This document shows, piece by piece, positions 44,982 to 53,881 of a stretch of DNA of 64,000 nucleotides. The notes beneath the pieces were generated by a model that had not been told where the DNA came from, made no database searches, and saw only the letters and a list, made by a program, of their open reading frames with translations. The translations under genes were made by a program, and so were the position numbers. Position 1 is the first letter of the stretch. Each line of letters begins with the position of its first letter. The DNA lies in the IMG/VR virus record IMGVR_UViG_3300028654_000001, positions 124,001 to 188,000 of that record; one strand, written 5' to 3'.

Positions 44982-45060
44982 GCGTTTCAATAATCTGATT
45001 CATACTCAAGTTAACTGTGCTACGAAGCCATAGTTAATCTTCTTTTGACCCTGCTTCTAT

Positions 45061-45399
45061 ATGAAGCTTTCGTCAGATCCGGCTCAAAGAGTAGTCCGAA
45101 GGGTACTCAATGCCAACAAGAGCCCCATGGTGTCTGTTCTCTACGGAACCATGGGGCTCAAAAATAGTTATCAGGGTCCATTCTCTGAGACTACTAAGTG
45201 TGTGAAGTGTGGTAAGACTGCCCGCATTGCGATGGTAGTCATGGAAGAGGGGACTGGTCAGGATGAGGGTCCCTATGTAGCGGACGTTCACCAAAACGAG
45301 CTAGGAAAGTTTTGGGTTCATGATGTGATATCCGCCGCCACTTACCTGTGTACTGACGGGGACTGTGCAACGGCCACGACGCTCTGGAACCAGAGTTAG
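45061..45399 (+). CDS. Cys-rich hypothetical with RVVRRV N-terminal segment
   Basis: PAQRVVRRVLNA; CVKC...C..GDC. Confidence 0.75.
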   Translation: MKLSSDPAQRVVRRVLNANKSPMVSVLYGTMGLKNSYQGPFSETTKCVKCGKTARIAMVVMEEGTGQDEGPYVADVHQNELGKFWVHDVISAATYLCTDGDCATATTLWNQS

Positions 45400-45405
45400 C
45401 TAGCA

Positions 45406-45864
45406 TTACCACTTGACATCTTCAAGTGCTGCTTCTGCCCAATACCCTCCTGGGCCTGCCCAAATAACCTTAGGTGGGTCTGGGCGGTGAAAAATAGAAC
45501 TACCCATAGCTTTCCAAGCTGTAGATCCTTCGTTAACGTGGTGAGCTATCACCTTGTAAGTCTTTCCAGCTGGTTTCTCAGGTTTACCAACCACCTTAAC
45601 GAGGGTTCCCTTAGGGATAAGGATCTCTTTCCCCTTAAGATTAGGGATAGGCTCTCCAACTCCATACTTAGGTGGTTTTACACCACGACGTCGATCTTCA
45701 TCCCCTACTAACCAACCTTCATTATAGTCAGAATCAACCCACTCAGATAACTTTGGGTCTGGATCTTTTCCTTGAAGGCCATCCATATACCCCTCGTGAG
45801 TCCAATTACTAGTTCTAGATACTACCCTTCGAACTACTCTGGTTATGATTCCTAGATCGTTCAT
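45406..45864 (-). CDS. hypothetical, tagged paralog of 59738-60172
   Basis: MNDLGIITRVVRRVVS plus IPKGT.VKVVGK..KPAG...GGYWAEA. Confidence 0.85.
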   Translation of the reverse strand: MNDLGIITRVVRRVVSRTSNWTHEGYMDGLQGKDPDPKLSEWVDSDYNEGWLVGDEDRRRGVKPPKYGVGEPIPNLKGKEILIPKGTLVKVVGKPEKPAGKTYKVIAHHVNEGSTAWKAMGSSIFHRPDPPKVIWAGPGGYWAEAALEDVKW

Positions 45865-45964
45865 ACTCGATACTAGTTCATAAGTAAGTTATACCCCTGA
45901 TTGTTTCATTGGAAAGGTACTACCATTCAGGGGTACTCCAAACCGAGACGCTCTGAAACCAGAG

Positions 45965-46687
45965 TTAGATCTTAGTATCCATCCAAACACAAGTCTTCCC
46001 AGGTACCATCCCCTGCTTGGTGAAGAACTGGACTGCTCCACTTGTAGGGCATGCCCAAGCATAGAGGTAGGTCACACCCTGCTTCTTGAGTTCGTCAACA
46101 ACGCCTCGATACAATCTGACTGCTAGACTCGAACCCCGCCACTTCTCAGCTACAGCAATGTACACAAGACAGGCTTGAGTTGGATCATCACAGTGATCAG
46201 GATCTCCAGTTTGACCCAAGCAGAAGCCTTGAATCTCACCTTCCTTATCACACGCCAAGAAAACAACAGCACAGGGATTCTCAAGTGTAACCCTGAGTTC
46301 ATCTTCGCTCATGAATTCCACTTGGGAGCTTACTTTTATCTCAGGGATAGTAATCCCAAAAGAGTGGATACTCTCAGCATCTTTCGCGGTTGCTCGATGA
46401 ATTGTAAGGTCGAAGTCGTCTTCTGATCTGATCCTAGTATTCTGAGCTAACCTGTCTTTTACTGTGCCCTTAGACCGATTCTTGTTATACTCGAGGATAT
46501 CCTCGTAGACCTCTCGTGGCATCATTAGGTGCACGACACCATTATCATCCGTGAGTGCTACAGCACCGTCAGGATCGTTCTCATCCATGAGTCGGGCCTG
46601 AATGCACTTACCCGAAAAGGCAAACGGGATGCGGTCGAGTTCCTCAAAGGCAGCCTTGACGGCGGCTAGGTCAATATCATCAGCCAT
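45965..46687 (-). CDS. GNAT N-acetyltransferase with extra N-terminal domain
   Basis: YIAVAEKWRGSSLA acetyl-CoA-binding motif; AVQFFTKQGM. Confidence 0.8.
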   Translation of the reverse strand: MADDIDLAAVKAAFEELDRIPFAFSGKCIQARLMDENDPDGAVALTDDNGVVHLMMPREVYEDILEYNKNRSKGTVKDRLAQNTRIRSEDDFDLTIHRATAKDAESIHSFGITIPEIKVSSQVEFMSEDELRVTLENPCAVVFLACDKEGEIQGFCLGQTGDPDHCDDPTQACLVYIAVAEKWRGSSLAVRLYRGVVDELKKQGVTYLYAWACPTSGAVQFFTKQGMVPGKTCVWMDTKI

Positions 46688-46709
46688 GAGCTAAGCTACA
46701 CCGGAGACG

Positions 46710-47192
46710 TCAGATCACTTCTTCTCGGTGAAACCTATCTGGGGGCCATTGCTTGGACTTGGTGTGGTCCTCCTCGCACTCCTCAAGAAGTAGATCCCTT
46801 ATGCGTGAATCAGCAAAGTACAGACTAGTATCCCAGGGTGGTGTTCCTTCCAGGTAATTAGTCCACTGAGATTTCGAGACTGGATCGAACTTTCCCTCAA
46901 TCCAATACTCCACCTCGTCCCCTTCGAAGCTGGTATGCTCCACCACCTGTCCAGTCCAGATATAGAGCCCGTCAGAGGGGATCTGAACCTCCATATCTTC
47001 TTCGAAGTGGTCCTGCATGTACCCATCTTCATAAAGGAAGTCGAGCCCTGGTCCGATATACAACAAAACCTTGGGCATCCCAAATACGATCACAACAAGG
47101 GCCTTCTCAGGAGGCAAATCTCTCCTACCCTTGTAAACCAAACCTCTCACCGAGATGAAAGGCTCTGTTTCATCAGAGGGGTAGAAACTCAA
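46710..47192 (-). CDS. hypothetical with variant C-terminal tag
   Basis: Ends PPDRFHREEVI. Confidence 0.8.
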   Translation of the reverse strand: MSFYPSDETEPFISVRGLVYKGRRDLPPEKALVVIVFGMPKVLLYIGPGLDFLYEDGYMQDHFEEDMEVQIPSDGLYIWTGQVVEHTSFEGDEVEYWIEGKFDPVSKSQWTNYLEGTPPWDTSLYFADSRIRDLLLEECEEDHTKSKQWPPDRFHREEVI

Positions 47193-47631
47193 TGGGTACG
47201 CTCAAATCCCTTCCGTGAGTAGTGAGCTCCACGCCCATGAAACCCATCTCGTGGATGGTCGCCAAAGGCAGCAATTTCTTCAAGTTGTCAAGGCTTTTTT
47301 GGATTGAGGTCCTAGTACTCTCTGTGAGTCCTTCAACCAAAGGGCTGATAATAGAGAACTCCATTATTGGAAAGGGGTGGTCATTGTCAGCTTCAACCCG
47401 AATCTTGTTCAAGACACCAATCTGATCACCCCCAACGAATACCCTAGCCTTGGGGACACATCGAGCAGGCTTACCCGAGGGTGTGTCAGTCAGTAAGCTT
47501 CCCTGTTGAACAAATACCAACAGGTCATCTTCGGATACCTCTACTACCTGTTGAAACACTTTTGATAACTGAGCTTCTGTACGTCGTACAACGAACACTT
47601 TATCAAACTCTCCGACTTCGATTGTTGGCAT
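47173..47631 (-). CDS. hypothetical protein
   Basis: ORF track. Confidence 0.75.
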   Translation of the reverse strand: MPTIEVGEFDKVFVVRRTEAQLSKVFQQVVEVSEDDLLVFVQQGSLLTDTPSGKPARCVPKARVFVGGDQIGVLNKIRVEADNDHPFPIMEFSIISPLVEGLTESTRTSIQKSLDNLKKLLPLATIHEMGFMGVELTTHGRDLSVPIEFLPL

Positions 47632-47659
47632 GGGTCTCCTTGAGGGTAGCTACACCAAA

Positions 47660-47953
47660 TCAGCTAGGTCGATCCATAATGGTTGCAATGTTTTCTGGCC
47701 CGAACTCTACAAGCTCTCCGCACTCAGGAGCCCCTACGAAGAATGAAACGTTATCCAGGGTACCTTTGAATCGAGGTCCTGGTAGAACTTCCATAACCTT
47801 AACCCACATCCGGTCACAGCTCCCCGATGGGTAGTGGAAGTGAAGCTTGACGTAATCCCCTACTTGTAGTGCCTCCCGTTCAGTACGCTGAACAATATGG
47901 AAGGTTGTAGGATACTTCTGATTCATCTCTTCAACATTGGCTAGCGTGTACAT
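47660..47953 (-). CDS. DUF2314-like protein
   Basis: GDYVKLHF...DRMWVKV...GTLDN...VEFGPENI (from memory). Confidence 0.65.
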   Translation of the reverse strand: MYTLANVEEMNQKYPTTFHIVQRTEREALQVGDYVKLHFHYPSGSCDRMWVKVMEVLPGPRFKGTLDNVSFFVGAPECGELVEFGPENIATIMDRPS

Positions 47954-48393
47954 TAGATCACTGGCTCCCTCTCGAATCGAGTTGGGTGGGTGATGTCAAG
48001 AGACTTCAAATTGACTGGAGATACGAGCTTGTATCTCGGGTTGAACTCTGGAAGGTTCATCTCCACGTGGTGTCCACGGAAGTAGATGGTAACGTGCCAT
48101 ATCAAATGAGAGTGGAGGTCATCACCCAGGATGATCTGAACATTATCCTCGAAGGGGAATTCCAATACCCAGGAAGTGGCCATCCGATTCCTTTTTGGAA
48201 TTAGACGGTACAGCCCTGGCTCTAACCGATCTACTCGGCGTCCCTCAATATACTCTTCCTTAATGTGGCACTTGACAACTGCGTAGTTTGGGACATCAAT
48301 GACCAGAGCCTCTTGGTACTTAAGAGGGTTGAACTCTAGCTTGAACTTCATGCATGTGATGTCCTTGCCAGTCCGGTTGAACTTGATGATCAT
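47953..48393 (-). CDS. hypothetical with C-terminal PTRFER tag
   Basis: Ends HPTRFEREPVI; TTGACA-N17-TATGGT 8 nt upstream. Confidence 0.8.
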   Translation of the reverse strand: MIIKFNRTGKDITCMKFKLEFNPLKYQEALVIDVPNYAVVKCHIKEEYIEGRRVDRLEPGLYRLIPKRNRMATSWVLEFPFEDNVQIILGDDLHSHLIWHVTIYFRGHHVEMNLPEFNPRYKLVSPVNLKSLDITHPTRFEREPVI

Positions 48394-48496
48394 CCACAAG
48401 AACCATAAACCACGGTAATCTAGCTGTCAACGAATAACCAGGTTGTATCGGCCGTATAGCCTATTGTGAACTCCTCAAGATACGTTGGGTAACCAT

Positions 48497-48847
48497 TCAG
48501 TCAAGCCATCCTCGCTTTCGGCGGTAGGCCTTCTGAACGCTTCCGTATACCACCGTAAAGGTCCACTCATATGAAGAGAAAATACCCCCTGTGATGAACA
48601 GCCACCAGACCCAGCGGTGCAGCTTGTACCACCTGGGTCTGAACACAACACAGGTCTCTCCCTCGTAGTCAGATGCAGAAGCTCCGTCGACTGGTTCCTC
48701 GAGCAAGTACAAGGCCTCTTCAGAGATAGAGTAACCTTCGATCTTGGTCGGATTGATGTGGTCACATACACCGCCCTTGGGTGGCTCCTTCCCTGGTTTA
48801 CGCGGCGGGCGGAGACCTTCCCAGTAGGACTCGATGTCATCAGTCAT
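48497..48847 (-). CDS. membrane protein with N-terminal IESYW tag
   Basis: MTDDIESYWEGLRP; hydrophobic WVWWLFITGGIFSSY. Confidence 0.85.
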   Translation of the reverse strand: MTDDIESYWEGLRPPRKPGKEPPKGGVCDHINPTKIEGYSISEEALYLLEEPVDGASASDYEGETCVVFRPRWYKLHRWVWWLFITGGIFSSYEWTFTVVYGSVQKAYRRKRGWLD

Positions 48848-49182
48848 CAAAGCACATCCGGCCACATACGGGAAATTTCGTCAAGACGATTGAGCACCTC
48901 CTTGTTTTCATGAGGTTTATCGAAGTCATAATCAGTCAAGATTCCCTGAAAGTGCTCTCTGATTGTCCCGAAGCTGACTTCAACTCCAAAAGTGTTAAAT
49001 ACCGTAGAGATGTACTCCCGGATCTTCAAGTCAGCCGCAAAGGTGGGTACCAAAACCCTTCGGCTAATCCTAATCAAAGCCTTCAGCAAGACCATGGAAT
49101 TGATAGACTTTTCGACTATCAACTGAGGACGAACCACCTCCCAATAGGACTCGATGCTATCAGTCCTTGATCCTGTAGCCAT
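48847..49182 (-). CDS. hypothetical with N-terminal IESYW tag
   Basis: MATGSRTDSIESYWEVVRP. Confidence 0.85.
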   Translation of the reverse strand: MATGSRTDSIESYWEVVRPQLIVEKSINSMVLLKALIRISRRVLVPTFAADLKIREYISTVFNTFGVEVSFGTIREHFQGILTDYDFDKPHENKEVLNRLDEISRMWPDVL

Positions 49183-49258
49183 CTAACCAACCTAAATCTT
49201 TGTAATTAGGGCGAACCACTTCCCAATAGGACTCGATGCTGTCTTCAGGTTTAGTCAC
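49160..49258 (-). CDS. 32-aa tag-only micro-protein
   Basis: GTG 1 nt after the upstream stop; MTKPEDSIESYWEVVRPNYKDLGWLDGYRIKD. Confidence 0.6.
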   Translation of the reverse strand: MTKPEDSIESYWEVVRPNYKDLGWLDGYRIKD

Positions 49259-49259
49259 T

Positions 49260-50735
49260 CTAGGCTGGATCCTCTAAAGAGAAGTCATCCTCAGAAGGCT
49301 CCTGGTTCCTACCCTCTATTGAATCCCTCGGAGGCTGGTAGGCACGTCTCTCGGTTGGGTAGAGCTCCTCTGGGCGAGGGAACGTGCCTGGGGCACTCAT
49401 AGGTAGGAACTCCACTCGGAAGTTAAGTAGTACTCTCCTACGCCAGTCATCCTCCCCATAGTGGTTGAAGGTTCTCCTTCCTAACTCATCAAGAGAGGTC
49501 TGTAGATTAGTGAGAACCCGCCTGTTGAGGGGTTCTGCCATGTTATCGGATGTCTCAATGATTCCATTGAGCAGTAGGGCAACTCGCCTGAGGTTGATAC
49601 GGGTGTCATACTCCCGCTCATCATCGGAACGTCTCTCAGGTAACTCTAGGTCTGCTGTATTATGGCCTAGAAACATGGTACCAGCAGCAGCCATTCGTCT
49701 CTCATGTTGGGGTACCTCGTTCCTATTGATCTCCGACAATCTTGTTAGAGCATGACCATCATTCTCGCTTGTGAAGTATCTGCGAATCTCATCCTGAGTT
49801 GGTAGGTGTCCTACCATCCCCATGTACTGCTCAGTGTACGCTAGGATCCTACGATCTGCAGCAGTACTGTCATGGGCATGAGTCCCCTGTCGATGAACAC
49901 TCCCTCGACGAATATGGTAGGTCACCTCAAAGGTGTTGAGGGTATCTTGCCACCAATTAGTACGCATGTTGTGGGCAGCACCTTGAGCTTCAACCCAAGT
50001 GAACAACTCGGTGATGATCGAATCAATGTGCTCATCGTCCCCAACCCTGTCGACGAGTTCTTGAAGGTTGCTCAGTAGTAGGGCCAATCTTCGCATATCA
50101 AGAATGGATTGGCTTTGGGACTCGCCCACTTCCTGAGGGGCTGCTACTTCTTGGGGTAAACTTGGAGACTGGATATCATCATCGAGACCCCCTACACGAA
50201 CAATCAAGTCTAGGATTCGTTCCTGAACCCTCATGCTCGAGATGAAGTGCCCACGCATAATGGATATCGGTGGGTATGAGCGGTTCTCCTTGCAGTACTC
50301 TAGAACGTAGTCACTGATCTGCTTATCTATCTCAGAAATGTTTTGAGTAGGAGTGTTTTGGTGCAGCCTTCTCAAGTACGCCCAGAGCTCACCCCCAGTC
50401 AGTGTTCGACTGTACAACTGACCCTGCACCACTCGGTCTAGCAGACTAACACACCCAGGTTTTGACCACTCTTCGAAGGTTATACGAATATCCTCGTAGT
50501 CAGGGTACTCATCCGTATTCCGGTGTTGCCGATTCAAATGAGTAATGATCTGGTTAGCATTCTCAGTCTGGGAAATGTACTCAGGGGGCGGATTTGCAAA
50601 CACTCGAGTCAGAATGTTGAGTATCTGTTGCCCACTAGGGTTCCATTGGTCCCGAGCCTCTTGGGGTACCCCTGGGGAGGATCGCAGTCCCTGTCGATGA
50701 TCCCAGTAGGATTCAACTTCATTATCGTCTGGCAT
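49260..50735 (-). CDS. large helical repeat protein with N-terminal IESYW-type tag
   Basis: MPDDNEVESYWD; internal repeat MRRLALLLSNL / LRRVALLLNGI. Confidence 0.85.
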   Translation of the reverse strand: MPDDNEVESYWDHRQGLRSSPGVPQEARDQWNPSGQQILNILTRVFANPPPEYISQTENANQIITHLNRQHRNTDEYPDYEDIRITFEEWSKPGCVSLLDRVVQGQLYSRTLTGGELWAYLRRLHQNTPTQNISEIDKQISDYVLEYCKENRSYPPISIMRGHFISSMRVQERILDLIVRVGGLDDDIQSPSLPQEVAAPQEVGESQSQSILDMRRLALLLSNLQELVDRVGDDEHIDSIITELFTWVEAQGAAHNMRTNWWQDTLNTFEVTYHIRRGSVHRQGTHAHDSTAADRRILAYTEQYMGMVGHLPTQDEIRRYFTSENDGHALTRLSEINRNEVPQHERRMAAAGTMFLGHNTADLELPERRSDDEREYDTRINLRRVALLLNGIIETSDNMAEPLNRRVLTNLQTSLDELGRRTFNHYGEDDWRRRVLLNFRVEFLPMSAPGTFPRPEELYPTERRAYQPPRDSIEGRNQEPSEDDFSLEDPA

Positions 50736-51213
50736 GATCATCCTCAGAATTAGACAAGAGATCACTCATCTCTTGAAAGTAACTCAAGCGTGGATCTTCA
50801 GGCCCAATGTTGAGGTCTTGGACTCTACTATCAATCACGTCTATCAACCTGGTGAAGTTGTAGCGGATCCCAGCTGAGTTCAAGAGATTACGTAATCGAA
50901 CCGTTGTATATACAAGCTCTCGAAAGAGAGACCCGTTTGATCTCTCTGTCCCGCTTAAGTGGTGCGAGTAGGGTGGGTCTGTAACGACGGAAGTGAAGGT
51001 TACGTTTGATTCTTCAACTTCAACAGGGGAGTCATCACCATAATCAATGGTGTAACGAGTCACGTAGGGGGTTGACTCCTCATCGGACTCAACTGGGTCT
51101 TCTAAAGCAACCACGTCGACAATAGGCACATTGGTTAGGGTACTCAGATCCCGCTGGGGTCGAAGTCCTTCCCAAAAGGACTCGATGTCATCAGTGTCAG
51201 TTGAGGTACCCAT
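50722..51213 (-). CDS. hypothetical with N-terminal IESYW tag
   Basis: MGTSTDTDDIESFWEGLRP. Confidence 0.85.
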   Translation of the reverse strand: MGTSTDTDDIESFWEGLRPQRDLSTLTNVPIVDVVALEDPVESDEESTPYVTRYTIDYGDDSPVEVEESNVTFTSVVTDPPYSHHLSGTERSNGSLFRELVYTTVRLRNLLNSAGIRYNFTRLIDVIDSRVQDLNIGPEDPRLSYFQEMSDLLSNSEDDHARR

Positions 51214-51297
51214 GCCTTCTTCTTGGCCGGCTTCGGGCCTACTGCATAGTACACCGGAAGATTGACTTTACAAGCCATTTTGGTGTAACTAAGGCCT

Positions 51298-51660
51298 ATG
51301 CCAACCGAGGAAAAGAATCTTGAGCTGACACTCTTAGGAATCAAGGTGGCTCGAAGGCCATTTGATCAGTCACGACCCGGGCTCTATTGGTACACAACCC
51401 GTGGCGGCTACAACATGAATATTTTCAAGAATCTGGCTAATATTGACAACCAGAAACCCTATGAGTGGTATTGCAGTACCGTTGGTTGCTCCTTCACAGC
51501 TAGTGGTAAAGAGTCATCGTTAGATGAAGCTATTAAAGAAGCTCATGTGCGTCTTGCTAACCACATTCTAGAGAAGTCCAATGTGGAGCAGACTGCCATA
51601 AACTTTCTCCCGAATAGTACCTCACGACCAACTCGATTTGAACGAGAACCGGTACTGTAG
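51298..51660 (+). CDS. hypothetical with C-terminal PTRFER tag
   Basis: Ends SRPTRFEREPVL; TTGACT-N18-TAACTA-N6-ATG. Confidence 0.85.
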   Translation: MPTEEKNLELTLLGIKVARRPFDQSRPGLYWYTTRGGYNMNIFKNLANIDNQKPYEWYCSTVGCSFTASGKESSLDEAIKEAHVRLANHILEKSNVEQTAINFLPNSTSRPTRFEREPVL

Positions 51661-51778
51661 TAGGCCCTACCTAGAAGTTCAGCTTATTGCAGTTGCAAGA
51701 TGACCCCTTAACAATCACCCCACTCCGTTGACCTCATCAACCTTTTTCTGAAGTTTCTTCAGTTTATTAACGGTTGAA

Positions 51779-52309
51779 CTAAAGGTACCGGATCATCTTC
51801 GTGAGAAGATCGAAGATCATCGGAGACTCAAAGGAAACCAGGATCACGTCATCCAAAGTTTCGTCCGTTTTCAGGAAAGCCTTGCACTCTCTTACTGCTA
51901 TCTCACAGGCTTTGTCTATTGGGTAACCGTAAGCTCCAGCACTGATGCTTGGGAAAGCAATCGAAGTACCGTACTGAGCTGCAAGCTTCAAACACTCTCG
52001 GTAACAAGAGGCTAAAAGATCAGCCTCTTGGTTAAACCCGCCCTTCCAGATGGGACCAACGGTATGAATCACGTGCCTGCAAGGCAGGCTGAAGGCTGGG
52101 GTGATGCGTGCTTCTCCGGTTGGGCACCTTACCCCAGGCTTCACTGGTATGACCGCCTTGCAAGCTTCTAGGAGCCTTGGACCTGCTGCAGCATGGATTG
52201 CATGGTCTACTCCACCACCTCCAAGCATTGCCTCATTGGCAGCATTGACAATAGTATCGACGTTAAGTTTTGTGATGTCAGCTTCGAGAGCCCTGAGTAT
52301 ACTAGGCAT
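51779..52309 (-). CDS. macro-domain O-acetyl-ADP-ribose deacetylase / ADP-ribosyl hydrolase (YmdB-like)
   Basis: DITKLNVDTIVNAANEAMLGGGGVDHAIHAAAGP...HVIHTVGP...FPSISAGAYGYP. Confidence 0.95.
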   Translation of the reverse strand: MPSILRALEADITKLNVDTIVNAANEAMLGGGGVDHAIHAAAGPRLLEACKAVIPVKPGVRCPTGEARITPAFSLPCRHVIHTVGPIWKGGFNQEADLLASCYRECLKLAAQYGTSIAFPSISAGAYGYPIDKACEIAVRECKAFLKTDETLDDVILVSFESPMIFDLLTKMIRYL

Positions 52310-52345
52310 TGAAACCTTCTAGGCATACTACCTAATGAAAGTCAA

Positions 52346-53242
52346 CTAGACCTTCTTCCATCTCGTTCCAGATGGGAAGAAAGACGGGTTTTTTGGATCA
52401 TTATCTGATTCAGTTAACTTGGTCTCGGATACAGGAGGGGGCTCCTCAACGACCTCATCCGTAGCTCTCCTCAGTACGTCAAAGATGTCCTCCTCTTCAG
52501 GTTCAGTGGTTTCAACTTCCACTACAGGAGGGGGCTCCTCAATCATCATCTCACTGATAATGTCGTCAACCTCTAGCTCTGTCGGCTCTGGTTGACGTAT
52601 AGAGACTACTTTGGAAAGTCGGTCGTAGGTAAACCTGCCAGATTGGGTCAGGAGTGACCTTAGTAGAGGCTTGGGGTCTTTGCCGCCTGGTACTTGATCT
52701 CGTACTCTAAGTATGGAGAACAACTCATCAAGACTCTTAGGCCCGGAAGTTAGGACCTTTTCAGCTTCTGTAATGATGCGAACGTGTTTTGACTCGTACT
52801 TGGCTCTTTCCTTTTTGGCAGCCTTCAGCCCAGGCTTAGCCGTTGGGTCGATCTTCGTGTAGACCCGAGTCCTTCGAGGTCTTTTAGCTTCATTCTTTGA
52901 ACCCTTTGGGCAATTTGCCAAGAACTCAAAGACAACAGCTTCGAATCGTAGTGGGTAGGTCAGGTCACGTCTGGTGGCATCGTTGACGCAGCACCCAGGT
53001 ACTAACTCCTGAAGGTCCTTTAACCTAGCAAGTTGACGTGTTGTGATGTGGAGTCTTACTCTGGTTTCCTCAATAACTTCTACGATACCAACAGCTAGAG
53101 CTGGGTGAAGACGTAGCTGCTCAGCTAAGAAGCCTCTAGCTAATCGTTCAGTTAGTTGTGTACGAGTTAGCCGTAAGTCTGCAGCTAAAACACTGAATTG
53201 TCTATGTTCTTGATCGCTTAGATTACCGCGGATGGTAGGCAT
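52346..53242 (-). CDS. putative DNA-binding protein (RHH-like N-terminus, winged-helix middle, acidic tail)
   Basis: HRQFSVLAADLRLTRTQL; KVLTSGPKSLDELFSIL...LLRSLL. Confidence 0.65.
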   Translation of the reverse strand: MPTIRGNLSDQEHRQFSVLAADLRLTRTQLTERLARGFLAEQLRLHPALAVGIVEVIEETRVRLHITTRQLARLKDLQELVPGCCVNDATRRDLTYPLRFEAVVFEFLANCPKGSKNEAKRPRRTRVYTKIDPTAKPGLKAAKKERAKYESKHVRIITEAEKVLTSGPKSLDELFSILRVRDQVPGGKDPKPLLRSLLTQSGRFTYDRLSKVVSIRQPEPTELEVDDIISEMMIEEPPPVVEVETTEPEEEDIFDVLRRATDEVVEEPPPVSETKLTESDNDPKNPSFFPSGTRWKKV

Positions 53243-53269
53243 AGGGGTAACTACACCAGCGCAATGACG

Positions 53270-53881
53270 CTACCCATACAAAACTCTACCACCGTGTTTT
53301 CCACGAAGGATTCTGTTGGTTAGCGTACTTGACGGGATGCCAAGTTTCCGCCCCCACCTTGCCGCTGTCATTCGGACCCCTTGGAAAGTAATCAAGCATG
53401 ACTTGCGACGGTTATTTGCGCTCTCTTCCATTGTTACCCATAAGGTATTTTTCTTAGTATACCCCTTAGTGACATTCTTGCGTCCCAGTCGCTTACCTTC
53501 GGGCCTTTTTCCCATGTCTTCGATGAAATTTTCGAATTGGTACCACCTCCTGCAGACAGTGATTCCAACCCCACCGTACCGAGGCCAGTTAGCATCGTTC
53601 TGGTTTCTGCACCGTGATAGCATCGAAGACCAGACTTTGTACTCAGGCGCCCTTTTACGTCGGGAGTACCCATGGCGTACTGGTCTACCTCTACCTTCTT
53701 TTAAAAGGCATCCGCATGACCGGCTACGGTTAGACTTGATCGAAGATTCCTGAACGTAACGGACAGTACCGCATTGGCACCGGCACCGAACAAACTTACG
53801 ATTCCGACCGCTCAGTGACTTGACACAAGTTGGCCCAATGACTTTCCAACGAGATATCGTCATTCCTCTTCTTTGTGGCAA
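53270..53881 (-). CDS. phage HNH-type homing-endonuclease-like protein
   Basis: VRCRCQCG...SRSCGC; EYKVWSSMLSRC...YGGVGITVC..W..FENFIEDMG.RP; C-terminal TxAxWxRKLGI HTH. Confidence 0.85.
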   Translation of the reverse strand: MPQRRGMTISRWKVIGPTCVKSLSGRNRKFVRCRCQCGTVRYVQESSIKSNRSRSCGCLLKEGRGRPVRHGYSRRKRAPEYKVWSSMLSRCRNQNDANWPRYGGVGITVCRRWYQFENFIEDMGKRPEGKRLGRKNVTKGYTKKNTLWVTMEESANNRRKSCLITFQGVRMTAARWGRKLGIPSSTLTNRILRGKHGGRVLYG

